Assembly (NCBI GenBank): GCA_051294905.1
Contig: CM119372.1
Coordinates: 39,186,001 to 39,250,000, forward strand
Direction: 5' to 3'
Source: Botryllus schlosseri
Taxonomy: Eukaryota
Length of the DNA stretch: 64,000 nt
The notes beneath the pieces are model-generated. The model ran no database searches, had not been told where the DNA came from, and saw only the letters and a program-made list of their open reading frames with translations. Position 1 is the first letter of the stretch, and every line of letters begins with the position of its first letter. Positions 12,501 to 24,630 of the stretch are shown piece after piece. Made by a program: the position numbers and the translations under genes.

Positions 12501-14234
12501 ACATAATGAACAACTTTAAAGACCATCCATTTTCTACTTTCCCTGGAAATAGTTTTAACATGTCTTGAAAATCGCTACTTCTACTCGTAATGAAGTATAA
12601 ATTTACGACGTTGCTCTAACTTGAGTAGAAATGCGGCCCAATACTTTGAACACCGCGGAGTAAACCACTACTGTAATTCCATGTTAAAATCCTAATCACG
12701 GTTACCAATATCGTAGTGCACTTCTGAATCGATGCTCATCACTGGTATATGTATACTATCACTCATACCGGCTTTATTCGTGAAACGTCTCAATGAAGAA
12801 ATTTGTCTTGGAATCTTCAATGTAATTATTGCAATATCTTCATCTCTACAGGAGCCGGTATGTACAATCATCAAACCCACGTTTGCTCCCGTGGGTCAGT
12901 CATCAAGAGGCCGGACACTTCACTCTGCTTCAACAGCGCCCTTTTCTACAACATAAATACGCAAGTATGCTGTTACGCTACTGACAACACGCCTGTCGTC
13001 CACATGAAAAACCCCGACAAGTCCTGCTGCGGGGCTCACTACATACGCGACTCGACCCAAGGCTGCTGTAACGGCTCCCCGTATGACAAAAGCACACAAT
13101 GCTGCAAACGCAAGGATGTTTTTCCGAAGCACGTGTGCGACAATAATTACACGACTTGCCCGCCAAAAAGTAAGTGATTGACTATCAATTTTCAGTGGGC
13201 CGAATTTATAACAATAACAAATTCTCTAACAGATTGCACCCTCGATGAGAACGAATTTACCGCGGATTCGAATCTAAAGGGAGCCTTATATGGTGAGTAA
13301 AATAAGTAGTTGTAATGAGAAACCTGTATATGTACTTCAAGATACTTTTGGAGTTTCATAACTCCATTATACAATTGAATAATATTTTCTTATTAATATA
13401 AACCCGAATATTTCCGACTGACACTCGTCAGGGGTAATCGTAAGCAGCTAGCAGATAATTGAAAAGAACATTGTATACCAACAACGGTATCGCCGAATAT
13501 GTAGGCTACCGTAATACAGGAGCTATGATAGGAATCACAATATCGTTGTCACACTCTTATAATCCCTTAATAGAGTCTGAATCGTAATAAGTGTGACACA
13601 GCAAAATGCCTCACAGTATAGAACGACGCAAACTAATACTCCGTCGCTTAAATTGTTTTTTTTGCAAATGGTAAATTCTATATATATTTTGGTGTATCAG
13701 TTGTAATCACAATTTCATCTCCTGCGTCTACTATAGTTGTTCTAGTATTCTGACTTTTTGTCATGTATCATCATATTCGCTATTGAATGTCCTCTTACTC
13801 GTAACAACTATACACAAATTAGTAATGGAGCGTTGAAACAATTCAACTTTACCTTATATGGGAAGCTGGTCCGATTAACTAAATACACACTATAACGTGC
13901 TTCGCTAACTGGAATGCGTTTTCACTATTCAGTTTACTCATTTCAAGCGGGGGAAAGCGTCAATTTCAAACACGACTACGCATTTTTCACTGTCACGGAC
14001 GTAAAGCAACTGAAGGGTATCGCCAAAGGAAAAGTAACGTCAACCGAAAATGCCAGGGTAAAGAGGTTGGGACTATGGAAATGTGGATGCTCCGCTGATT
14101 TAGAGGATGGCAGACGTTACATTTTATTCACGAAGTCTCGATTGAGATCGAGCTCTTCGCGATTGCGTGAAGGTAAATTCCACATCAGCACTGTGGAAAA
14201 CTCGGCGGCACTCTTGCAACTGTTCAATTTGTGA
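9574..14234 (+). CDS. Secreted galaxin-like di-cysteine-repeat protein with C-terminal NTR/C345C-like module (~423 aa, 6 exons)
   Basis: Exons 9574-9610, 9900-10064, 10774-11085, 12066-12218, 12852-13169, 13948-14234. All introns are GT-AG and phase 1; the joined 1272 nt are open. Signal peptide MLSCCVVLVAFTAFAASQD; repeated YNxxTQxCC, CCG, GCCxGxPYDKSTxCC motifs; exon2~exon4 and exon3~exon5; last exon has DYAF...WKCGCSADLEDGRRYILF. Confidence 0.85.
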
Positions 14235-16498
14235 TTGTCCACTCGCAAGACAAGCAAGCGATTCGCGACGTGTTCGAACGTCCAAAGAGGATGATTGCGA
14301 ACTGGAGTTAGTTGGTGGCGCACCATTCACGCAAGCGTGATCGAACGGGCTATCACTTCACGAAGAAACATAGCCAGTCAATGCAGTAAAATGTTTGTTT
14401 TTTTTCACGGTAAATCGCAATCTTATACAAAACATGGATCATTTTTAAAGTTAATTAAGCCACATTCTGCCATAGCTGCCAGTGATTACACGTTTTGACG
14501 TCTACCGCTAATATTTACTTATGATTTCAAATAAGTAGCTAAACCCAAGTTTTATCTGCACTGTTATTTTATACATCCAATTGAATAGTGACACTGCGTT
14601 TCTGTGAAGACAACAACACCGCCCCAGCAATAGCGTACGACAATATTTATTTTTTATAGTAATTTATATAAGGCAATTTTTTTTACGAATTTTTTGTTTA
14701 CTTCATATGCATATATATGTAGGCCTACATGTAACGATCACTGTGTGACGTAAAACAGCGCAATATTTGCCATTCCTAAAGCTATTTCAACAATCTATAC
14801 TGTACTTAGGTTATATCACGATTTTGCACGCAATTCTTTCTCACGACATTTTTGTACCCTCCATCATAACTCTTCTTGCCTATTCCCAGTATTTTTCTAT
14901 GACATTCCAATGGATGTTGCGCCAATCATTTTCAGATAAGCTGAAATATATCTGTCCCTGCAATCTTTTCATGTGAATAATAGAAATCATCGCATTGGTA
15001 ACGAAGTTTTAAGAGACTCTCCTTTCAATATAAATTGATGACAAAGCAAAATTACCTGCTGCTTAATAGTTGCGGAAGATATATTTATGATGTTTTGTTG
15101 CGTTTCTCGCTTATTTCGTTTATACATTTTCAGGTTAAATACGCATCATACATCACGGCTATGCAGTGAATAATGATCGATGTATTTTGAAGCTTCTAGA
15201 TCACAACGTGTTAATTGATATTCATATGCATAATTTTAGATAGATATAAATATATATATTGGAAAGTGTCTGCATAACGTACTGTCAATTGAATGGTTCG
15301 GGCATGAAGCAAGCTGGTTATTTATTGAGAAGCTCAATGCAGGTTCGGTGCTAGGCTTTGTCGATTCTCATTTGTTAAAGGTGATGTATCTATCTATGAT
15401 TTGAGTGGGCATGTGCTTCGATAGTGCTATACATTGGTAATTATAATACCGCGTAAAACTGGTTTGAATTAAGATTAGCGGTTTGGGTTAGGATTGACGC
15501 CAGGATTCGTTTTGGGCTTGTAAAGTCACATTCGTAAGTGTCGCAACCGCGAGAAGCATATCGTTAGTCAGGTCAGTCCAGTACAGATTTGTAGTTGATC
15601 AATTTCTAATCAGCATGCAAGATTATGAGGTAATGCAATACGCACTAAAATAATTCGGGACTTGAGTAGTTGGTGGGACTATCATATATTATTGATATGC
15701 AAGCTACACAATACACATTCACGGATTTCGCCTGTCGCGATAAAATACGGGGAATATAACGGTAGATGGTGACTTGTTCAGCAATCGAAAGGAACTTGAG
15801 GCATAGAATCACTCCGATTCTTCACAGTGCGGTATTCAATTTATGTCATGTAAACACGAACTAATCGCTCTGGGATGTTGTAAAACAATGGGAGTCGCAT
15901 CATAACTTCCTGGCGGTACATTTCGTCGGGAAATACAACGGTAGCGTTAACGTCTTGAGCCTAAACGTCAATTTGTTCAAGAGTTGTGAGAAAGTAACTA
16001 GTAGAAGAAAATGATATATTGGAAGTGCAGTGGTCCCAAAGTGATTTTTGTGGGAACACGGGTTAAATATGGTTGGTAGAGTACCATTAGTCTCTGTGAA
16101 AACCAAAACTACGAAATACCAGTCTGGATACACGACAAAACGGCACCCACTCTCAACACGTTCATCTCTGACGCACGATATACAAAGCTACACCCAATAC
16201 ATTGAGTGTCTTTGATAGAATTATCAACACCTCATTTGGAAAACAACAGGAAGTACTAGCATCAACTATACCGCCAATATATCGCGTATTTGGTTGTATT
16301 CAAGTAAAATACCCGATGCAGTTTGGAACGTCATTACATTTGGTGCAACAATTTCGATTACGTTTCAGTTTTACTAGTACAATGACACGATTCTTCCTAC
16401 GTAGATGCCCTGTAGAACACTAAACACATATGCGGCGAATTTCGAATACGAATCCAATGCATATAATCTCCAATAACAGAATCATGGGTACCACAAGG

Positions 16499-17454
16499 CA
16501 GTGTTGGGATCAAGTCACTACCTTCGAGTCACGAGTCATCTCGAGTCATTGCATATTTTGATTCGAGTCAAGTCAAGTCAATCGATTTTCGATGGTGACT
16601 CGAATCAATTCAAGTCACTCGTTTTTTGGAGATGACTCAAGTCAAGTCGATTTAAGTCAAGTCAAGTCACGAGTGAAGTCACGGTTCAAATATAATTGAA
16701 TTTTCGAAGTATGAGTGATGATGCAAAGACATTACATTTAGGTGACAGGGCGGAAGACAGATTAAATGGCTATATATTTTGAATCAAATAACGAATATAA
16801 AGTTGAATATATATGCAAAAAGGCGCTGTATCGATCACGCACATTTAGAGCTGTTAATAAAATGTATGAGTAACTGCATACAGCTACATGCTACAGTCTG
16901 TTATTATCAACCATAACAGAGGACCGAATACGAAGCCTCGAGAAGTTGAAATAAAATAATATGGTACAGCACACTACCCATCTACACATCCGCAAGAATA
17001 TATTAACGCATAAACTATGTTCGTTCGATTTACATTATACAAGAGAGTTGGTAAAGGTGGGGACTTCGTAATGTAAGCACTAAGCCGTCTAAGAAATAAA
17101 GATAGGTTTCTATTGGATTAATCTTCTACTACGACATCGTATGCTGTGATAGTTTCGTTTGCGGTCAATTTACAATCGGTGAATGACTGGTTGCCCTCAC
17201 AAGTGACATTGGCGTATCGCAAACAACCCGAACATACACAAGATACAGTGATTTAATCGACACCGTTTACTTGATGACAAGAAATTGACTCGTAAATTTT
17301 GCTTCGCGTCACGAGTCAATTGACATTTTTGACGCGCCGAGTCAAGTCAAGTCATTTTTGCAAAGTGATTCAAGTTAAGTCAAGTCAAGTCATACGAAAA
17401 AGATGACCCGAGTCTGACTTGAGTCAAGTCTTGACTCGAGTCATCCCAACACTG
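16499..17454. mobile_element. hAT-type MITE family A, inverted relative to 36-973
   Basis: TIR CAGTGTTGGGAT...ATCCCAACACTG; perfect TSD CCACAAGG (16491-16498, 17455-17462); interior is a diverged reverse complement of 36-973. Confidence 0.93.
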
Positions 17455-20400
17455 CCACAAGGCAACATGACAGGATCACTCATTATTAGCCAACGACGGC
17501 CAATTCGCGGCACCTTGTACCGAGTCGGCACCTTGTACCGAGCCGGCAACTGCGAGCGTAAACCCAAGGTCAGTTGCTTGTTGTCTCAGAGTAGCCGGTT
17601 TCAAATCGCAAGGCCAGTGCAAACCGAGCAAGTTACGCAAATATTAATAAAATTAAGTAGATCGGATTCGTGTTTGACGTTCGTCCTACATGTTTACTAC
17701 GGGATGTATAATATAGCACCAATAGCCCGCATCTCGCGCTGTGCATTTGTAGGTACGTGTTCCCGTTGGTTATTAGGAAAAGTGAAAAGTAGCTTGTTGC
17801 TGTTTTCGTATTCATGGTGTTTTGACCTTAGTTGCCATTCAAAACCAGGCCTCTCTGTTCTTTAAAGTGGTTCCTAACACATTTTTAGGCGACTCATTCA
17901 AAACAATATTTCAGAACGGTAAGATATTGCGACCCATACAAACACATCTGGTATTTTAACGATCAAGTTGTCACGCAATTTTGAGGCAGAATGATTTCGA
18001 ACAATGCACAATGTTTCAACTTGAATACAAGCCATAGGGTATATTATTTGAGGTTTAGTGATGTCTTCAAGTTTTCAACTATATTTATTGTTATTTTTGT
18101 GGATTCGGATACAATATGCCTGAGAAGAAGAGACACAAATAATAAATCTGGCTACCTATAAGCTTGAGTCGTGATACATCCGTTGAGATATACTGCTTTA
18201 GAGTGAATTCTGATCCACCGGCTTGAACGAACCCTTTTGATCTGGGTCAAGACGGATCAGAGGGCAAGATGGAGCCTGGCAGAACCTCCATCACGAGTTC
18301 AGGAGTTGACACGGACGGTAACAGATTGGCGTTGCAGTTGTAGAACGTTCTATTGGGCTATATCGATATTGGAATGTTGTTTTTTCATATACAACTATTA
18401 CCGCTACTATTTACTTATCTAAAGAGCACTCATCGTGTCATTCGGATCGATGTGAATTGTGAACTTTTTCGATAACGACATCGGTTGCGAGGCTCATTAT
18501 AGGGGATTTTACAGTGCGTCTCACGCTATGAATACTGACTGTTGCCGGTGGATAGTGTACAGCTTCAACAGAAATCTAGAATATTAAGTCGCGATAATAT
18601 TAGGATGTTACTGACTGCCAGCATATTCCAACACTATACCAGTGATTCAAATACTTCTTCAACTTATGGCATGCCAGAGAAAATATAAAACGCTCGCGGC
18701 ACATTCTACAAAAGAAAACATTTTTTCACTTGTCAATGAGAGGGACCTGCCCGCGTCTCTTTATTCGAACACACAAGACAGAAGTGAAGTTGCATTGTGG
18801 ACAAACATACCCGTATTTTGTCGACAATTCCAAGTTAATTGCTGTCAAAACATAATATTCACAAAACCACGACGACGAGATTGATGATTTAATTTTGCTG
18901 CATTTTCATAGATCAAGCAATAGGATGTGAAAAAAGGCAATTAAAACTCATTCAGCTTTTTTTTATGGAAAACTTTTTTTTTAAATCAAATGCAGAATTT
19001 AATTATTTATACAGTTCTCTTCCAAAATTCCCCAACAAATTAGGCGACACATCTGAGAACCTGCGGCTATACACACTTGTGTGCATCGGAACACAGTTTG
19101 GGAATAAGTGAACATTGACGCTCAGCCAAGCGCATCAAAATGAATTACAATTCACTGGCAAGTTAATAGTTGATCGTTAGATTGAGACACTGGATAGGAG
19201 AGGTGGTAGGAAACGAAACATATCTACTTTTTCGAACCACTCAAGCACTTTTGATCAAGTACTCAAGTAATATCGATTTGTTGTCATATCAATTCAACTT
19301 CCGATAAACCGCTTTTTAGTCTAACCTGATTATTTCATATATACTGATTTTTTCAAGTATGAAAACTAGTCTGGAAATATGTGTGCATTCGTGTTGTGTC
19401 TGAATGTCATGCCAGCTGTATCCCGCTAACTGAATCCATGCATTTGTAGCGCCATGTGTCATTTCAGCTTGTGCTGACGATGCACCTTGCTACTCCGGAT
19501 ATCCACCTCCAATTATATCAGCTGAAGGTATATGTCCTCTCGAACAAATCTACTTTTCCAAACTACCTACTTGGGGACTTAACAGACCTTCCAGACGTTC
19601 ACTGCCTAGTTCCACTTGAAGTCGTTGTGACATGCTTCGGAAAAAAATAATTCTAATCGTAGTATGTAGGAATTCCCGATGTTACTCCTACGTGAGTACA
19701 AGCCCTAACTATACTTCTATAACATTGGCTGGGTAGTGGACATACTTCTATTTCTGCTATCTCGAAGAATGCAATTCGATTTCGGAATACATGCAGATTT
19801 TCACGTCGTTATTCACGACATTTGGAAGTAGATGGGATTAACAGACGAGCAAAGTCATTGAAATGGATAAGGTATTAATCCACCAATACAAGGAATAAAT
19901 CGTATCTAATCTAACCGTTAAGTTTAAAGCAGTGATTCCCAACCGCGGCCCTGTATTTATAAAATACACTAGCTTGGCTTGGAGTATGCAGTTTTTAATT
20001 AGGATTGCAGGAAAGTCGTGAGTAGACTGCTATCGTTACGCCCCTGCTGTTTCAATGCGATGTGCCATAACTTTCCAGTTGAACGTGCAGTAGCTATAGA
20101 TATAGGTAAAGACAGGACCATAACTGCCGTACGCCAAACCCCTAATGGGGGGGGGGGGGGGGGCGAGCTTCAACGGGGCTCAAAATAATTCCTTGAATTA
20201 GCCTGAATTATAGAGTATTTTTTGAAAATTTATGCATCTTTTTCAATTTTTTTGCTCTAGGCGTGATTTCATGCTGTTACATATTTTGATTTTTAGGTAC
20301 TCATCCCCGAGAAAAAATGCGCAAGATTTATAGCAATGGACATTGGGCATATCTGCGTTGAATATTACCGCGCCACGACGCATCAAGACATATTAAGTTT

Positions 20401-20519
20401 TAGGCCATGTAACATGCGACTCTAAGAAGTGTGTCAGAACGATCGGCGGCGAGAAAACTTCGGCTGAACAGGACTGCCCTGTTGCTGACCAAAAACTTCG
20501 TTATATATACAAAATACTG

Positions 20520-21200
20520 TCTTGGCAATCTGAACCTCACGAGACAAATACTATCCCGCAGGGAAAAATCATATTCCAGTGAAGAAATACCAATTTGAAA
20601 TCGTGTGCGTCTCTTAGTTCAGAAGCCTACGTTTGGGCGATTCTATATTTTTTGATGTAGCAGACTGGAGGTCACGAAATAACATGTTACGGAATCATAC
20701 TAATGGGTCCTACAGCTTCTAAGACACCTCCCTCAGCTCTACCGGTAAATCTGATTACGTGAACAGCGAGGACAAGAAATTGATAGCAATATATATGCAA
20801 TTCTCGATCATGTTGACAGATTTTATCATGAATTATCGAAAATTTTCGCGCTTCACGCTGGCTTACTTGACGGTACGACTAGTTTCCTGGCAAAAGCGAA
20901 CAAGGTGATTCGGGTAGGTTTATCAACCTATGGGAGCCCTAGACCCAAGTTTATTATTATTTTATTAGGGGGGGAGGGGCTGACGAAGTGCTGTTTCGTT
21001 TCGGCCAACGGGTATACGCACGAAGATGTTTAATTATTTTTGAGAGGCCCTACCTTTTTAAACGCACCTTCCTCGGCTCTACCTGTAAAACTGATTACGG
21101 GAGCAGAGAGAGGATAGAATTAGATGGCAATATATAGGCAATTCCCGATCATATTGACCGATTCAATCATGAATTACAGAAAATTCTCGCGCATCGTGCG
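20520..21200. repeat. Dispersed repeat fragment with an internal duplication
   Basis: 20730-20860 resembles 21070-21200 (CCTCxGCTCTACCxGTAAAxCTGATTACG...); 20560-20800 resembles 26130-26420. Confidence 0.6.
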
Positions 21201-21656
21201 TCTGGGCGTTAAAATCTCACTCACTAAATCTCCCCAAAAGCTGCATAATTGGTCTCTCACGACCGAAGCGTCCGCATAATTTGACATGTCCGGTCTTTAT
21301 CGAAACCTGGTGTCGCACTGATTCCAAATATACAACTTGAAATCTCGCCAGGGCAATAAAACTACACCGAAATAACCACCAAAGGTCGATTGTTCTGAAC
21401 AATGGGAGCGCAGCAACACAATGACCATAACAATGGCTAATGGCGTCAAGCAATTGATCGGAACGATGCCAATTTTCATATTTTGATGACTATTTTGGGT
21501 CCGTTTCATTGCCCTGGTATTCGTGCGGCCCCGACCGTACTCTGAAATTCTAAATTTGGCCCTGACACCGAAAAAGGTTGGGAGCCACAGGTTTAAAGTA
21601 TAGAGACCAAACACAGTATTTTTAGGATTATTATTGTACTTCAATAGCTGTTGAAG

Positions 21657-21898
21657 TCAATGAGACATCTGTGGTCCATCAAGGTTGTGAACAAGTTCTT
21701 TAAAGTGTGCCTGCATGTCAAACGTAGAAACTCTTGGGAAAGAATGCACGTGAACGTCAGTTAGATTGTTAATGTTCGTGGTCGAAAATGTTTGCTCGCA
21801 AATGTAGGTAGACCCGAGGGTCACGTTATCATGCATGACCAATCACTGTCTGCGGGCCACTCAAAATCCCGTCACGGGTCGTATGTTGCCGGCCCCTG
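21657..21898 (-). pseudogene. hAT (Buster/SPIN/GTF2IRD2-like) transposase C-terminal remnant with adjacent TIR
   Basis: GSTYICEQTFST...LTDVHVHS...RVST...ELV...QMSH* resembles the Buster-type C-terminus (FGSTYxCEQxFS..RSxLTDxHL..QxSH); terminus GTTGCCGGCCCCTG at ~21885-21898. Confidence 0.7.
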
Positions 21899-24268
21899 CT
21901 ATAACTGATAACAACAAGATGCTGATACGATTGGCTTGGCGACAGTTAATCGCTTAAAACCGGCACTATATTGATGCGTGAAGTAAGACGTTGCTTTACA
22001 AACCCGCTGGCACCATCCACACTTTCTGGTTGAGTTTTTGCCGCCAGATGACACAAGGTAAATAAGAAAGGTGATTTTAGCTGAATTTAACCATTCACAC
22101 AGTGTGGTCATGTTGAAGTTATGTCTTTAGCGAACCAGTGGTTGTAATACATAATTCAATACAATATTAATTGATTTCATGGTTGGTTAGAAGATTATGG
22201 TTGTATTTGCCGTAACTGGCAAGGTTTTTTGTGCAAGAGTAGCATTTATTGGGATTGTAAGATATTTATAATCATCACTTTCCTGCAAAATCATATTATG
22301 TCTTACTCTTTTTCTATACTATCTTCTTTACTTTCATTCAGTGTGCATGCCTCCTCTTTACATCGCCTAGGCCAAGGTGGGTGTCAGATTCCATAGACTA
22401 CTCCTTGTCGCTTCGACATCTTCCTGTCTTTTCATTGTATCGCATTTTTGTGGTGTATTGAACTGATAAAATTGCTAATAAACCAATGATGATGATGATG
22501 ATGATACTCAGGTATCGGTGAGCGGCTGAGATTTCTAGCAACATTTTGATGCCGTATTTACGGTCGCATAGCGTCATCTGGCGGAGTCAGCCTGCAACGT
22601 TCATGAAATTTTAGAAATTATGGTAAAGATTTCATAGAAAGCCGATCTGTACCGAAAATATGTCTTGACGGATCGTATTTAATTACATATTTGGTGAGAT
22701 CAGGAAATTATCTTTGTAAAAAAGCAATGCGACGGGCTCGAGTCTCGTGAAGAGAATTGTTCGCTTATTTTATAACAGTTGTTCTTAACTTGCTCCTTTG
22801 GGATTTCAATTAGGCAGAAAAGCTGCTTTTAAGTAGGTCTTTTCATTACAAAACTAGAGAAAACTGGGAGGGTGATTAATGGAAGAGAATCGATGATGAG
22901 ATAAAATGAATATATTTCCGAACTTGTTGCCCCATAAGGCACATAGTGGCATACAAAATTGCTATTAACAGCCTACTGTTGTGTAGTTATAGTTATATGG
23001 TAATAATAATATTGGATATTAAAGTCATGATATGGTGCTGCTTATAATGACGAAGGTCTTAAGCATCACCAATTAATTAATTACATCGAAATATTCTAAA
23101 TATATCCTGCTCACTATACTCATAAATTAGTATGTTAGCTCTATAGAAGCCTAGGAGGAGGATCTCACCAGTTGCTTGTATTTCCGCTCTGTGAATCAGT
23201 TACAGTGCAATTCATACATGGTGTATTTGTAGTGATTTTAGCTACTCCAAAGAGCAAAAAATTGAATACAATTGAACCGTAGAACCCTTCGTGCATACCA
23301 TTTAAATAGCACCAATGTACCATTAGTGCTATGTATATACCAGATTTTGATTACCACTGTTTTATTTATTAGACTACGGAAATATATCTGAAAGGATTTT
23401 TTTGGCAATCGGATGTTATTTTCCGCAATGGCCCGCTGGCAATAAACATTCTCCACGTCTTAGATGATTGGAAGTTTCATTTCATTTCCTGTAAGGTTGC
23501 GCGTTTGATTTGTAATGACTTATGTAGGCCTACTCTTCATTTCAAAAAAAGGCGTTCGGTTTACTTGATAATTTTGTAAGCTCATTTGTGGCGTACGCGT
23601 CAGTATGATCATGGCTAGATAGAAACTCTGACTGGTCCCTGTTCGTCAAGAGACTATAATGTTCGCATATTGGTTCAAATCTTTTCAAGTTCGCATTATC
23701 TATTGATCAAGTTTGGTGATCATTTGCATGTATTTTGTGATCGATTCAATCCCGTATCACGTCGTGATCGCTTCCAAACGGTTTCAGGTGACTCAAGTGG
23801 AACATCTGTTAGCGATAGAGTATGATGTATGATATTCGTCAAATTCAATCTTCAGCAGCTAAAATCGATATTATAGAGAAAACTAAATTTCAACTCTATC
23901 ATGTCCTTGCCTTCACAGGTACCTATAGTTTTACTAATTGAGGCATTTGAGGACTTCGGTGACGCGGTTGTTGTAGCATATCAGCGTTGGAGTAGTAAAC
24001 ATGCTACTCCTTTCTACCCCTGTGTTTATCGAAAACTTCTCATTTTAGTTTTCTATTTTTTGGGTTATGAACGTGTCAAAATGTGTGGCGAAACAGTTAT
24101 TCGAGATTTGGCCATGCTTTATGTGAGAGTAGCCCTGTAAATGGTTGGTAGGATACCCTCGGCAAGAACATTCAGAATTACTTGGTATATTTTATAGCAG
24201 GGTTGGGCAAACTTTTTAGCTCGCGGGCCGCATTCAACATTTGAATTGATTCGTGGGCCGCCCTTTAG

Positions 24269-24630
24269 CAGTGTTTGGATCAAGTCGCTACCTTCGAGTC
24301 ACGAGTCATCTCGAGTCATTGCACATTTTGACTCTAGTCAAGTCAAGTCAATCGATTTTCGAAGAAGACTCGAGTCAACTAAAGTCACTGATTTTTTAGA
24401 GACGACTCGAGTCAAGTCAAGTCATAATTCAAGTCAAATTGATTTTTCGAAGTATTAGTGACGATTCAAAGTCATTACATTTTGCTAGCTGTGGCTGTGT
24501 GAAAGATAGAATAATTGGCCATATATCTTGAATAAAATACCTAATATAAAGTTAAATATGCCTGTAAGGAGGGGTTGTATCGCTCAGGCACACGTAGAAC
24601 TGCAAATAAAATACATGAGTTACTGTACAG
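24269..24630. mobile_element. Truncated family-A MITE (one end only)
   Basis: CAGTGTTTGGATCAAGTCGCTACCTTCGAGTCACGAG colinear with 16499 onward; similarity stops at the next element. Confidence 0.8.

Noticed and set aside
10758..13177. Two separate single-exon galaxin genes (ORFs 10758-11111 and 12803-13177)
   Set aside because: Both start at non-ATG codons within intron sequence and lack signal peptides; phase-compatible splice sites join them into one gene
20147..22506. Poly-G run (20147-20163) and (GAT)n microsatellite (~22487-22505)
   Set aside because: Ordinary simple repeats with no supporting context
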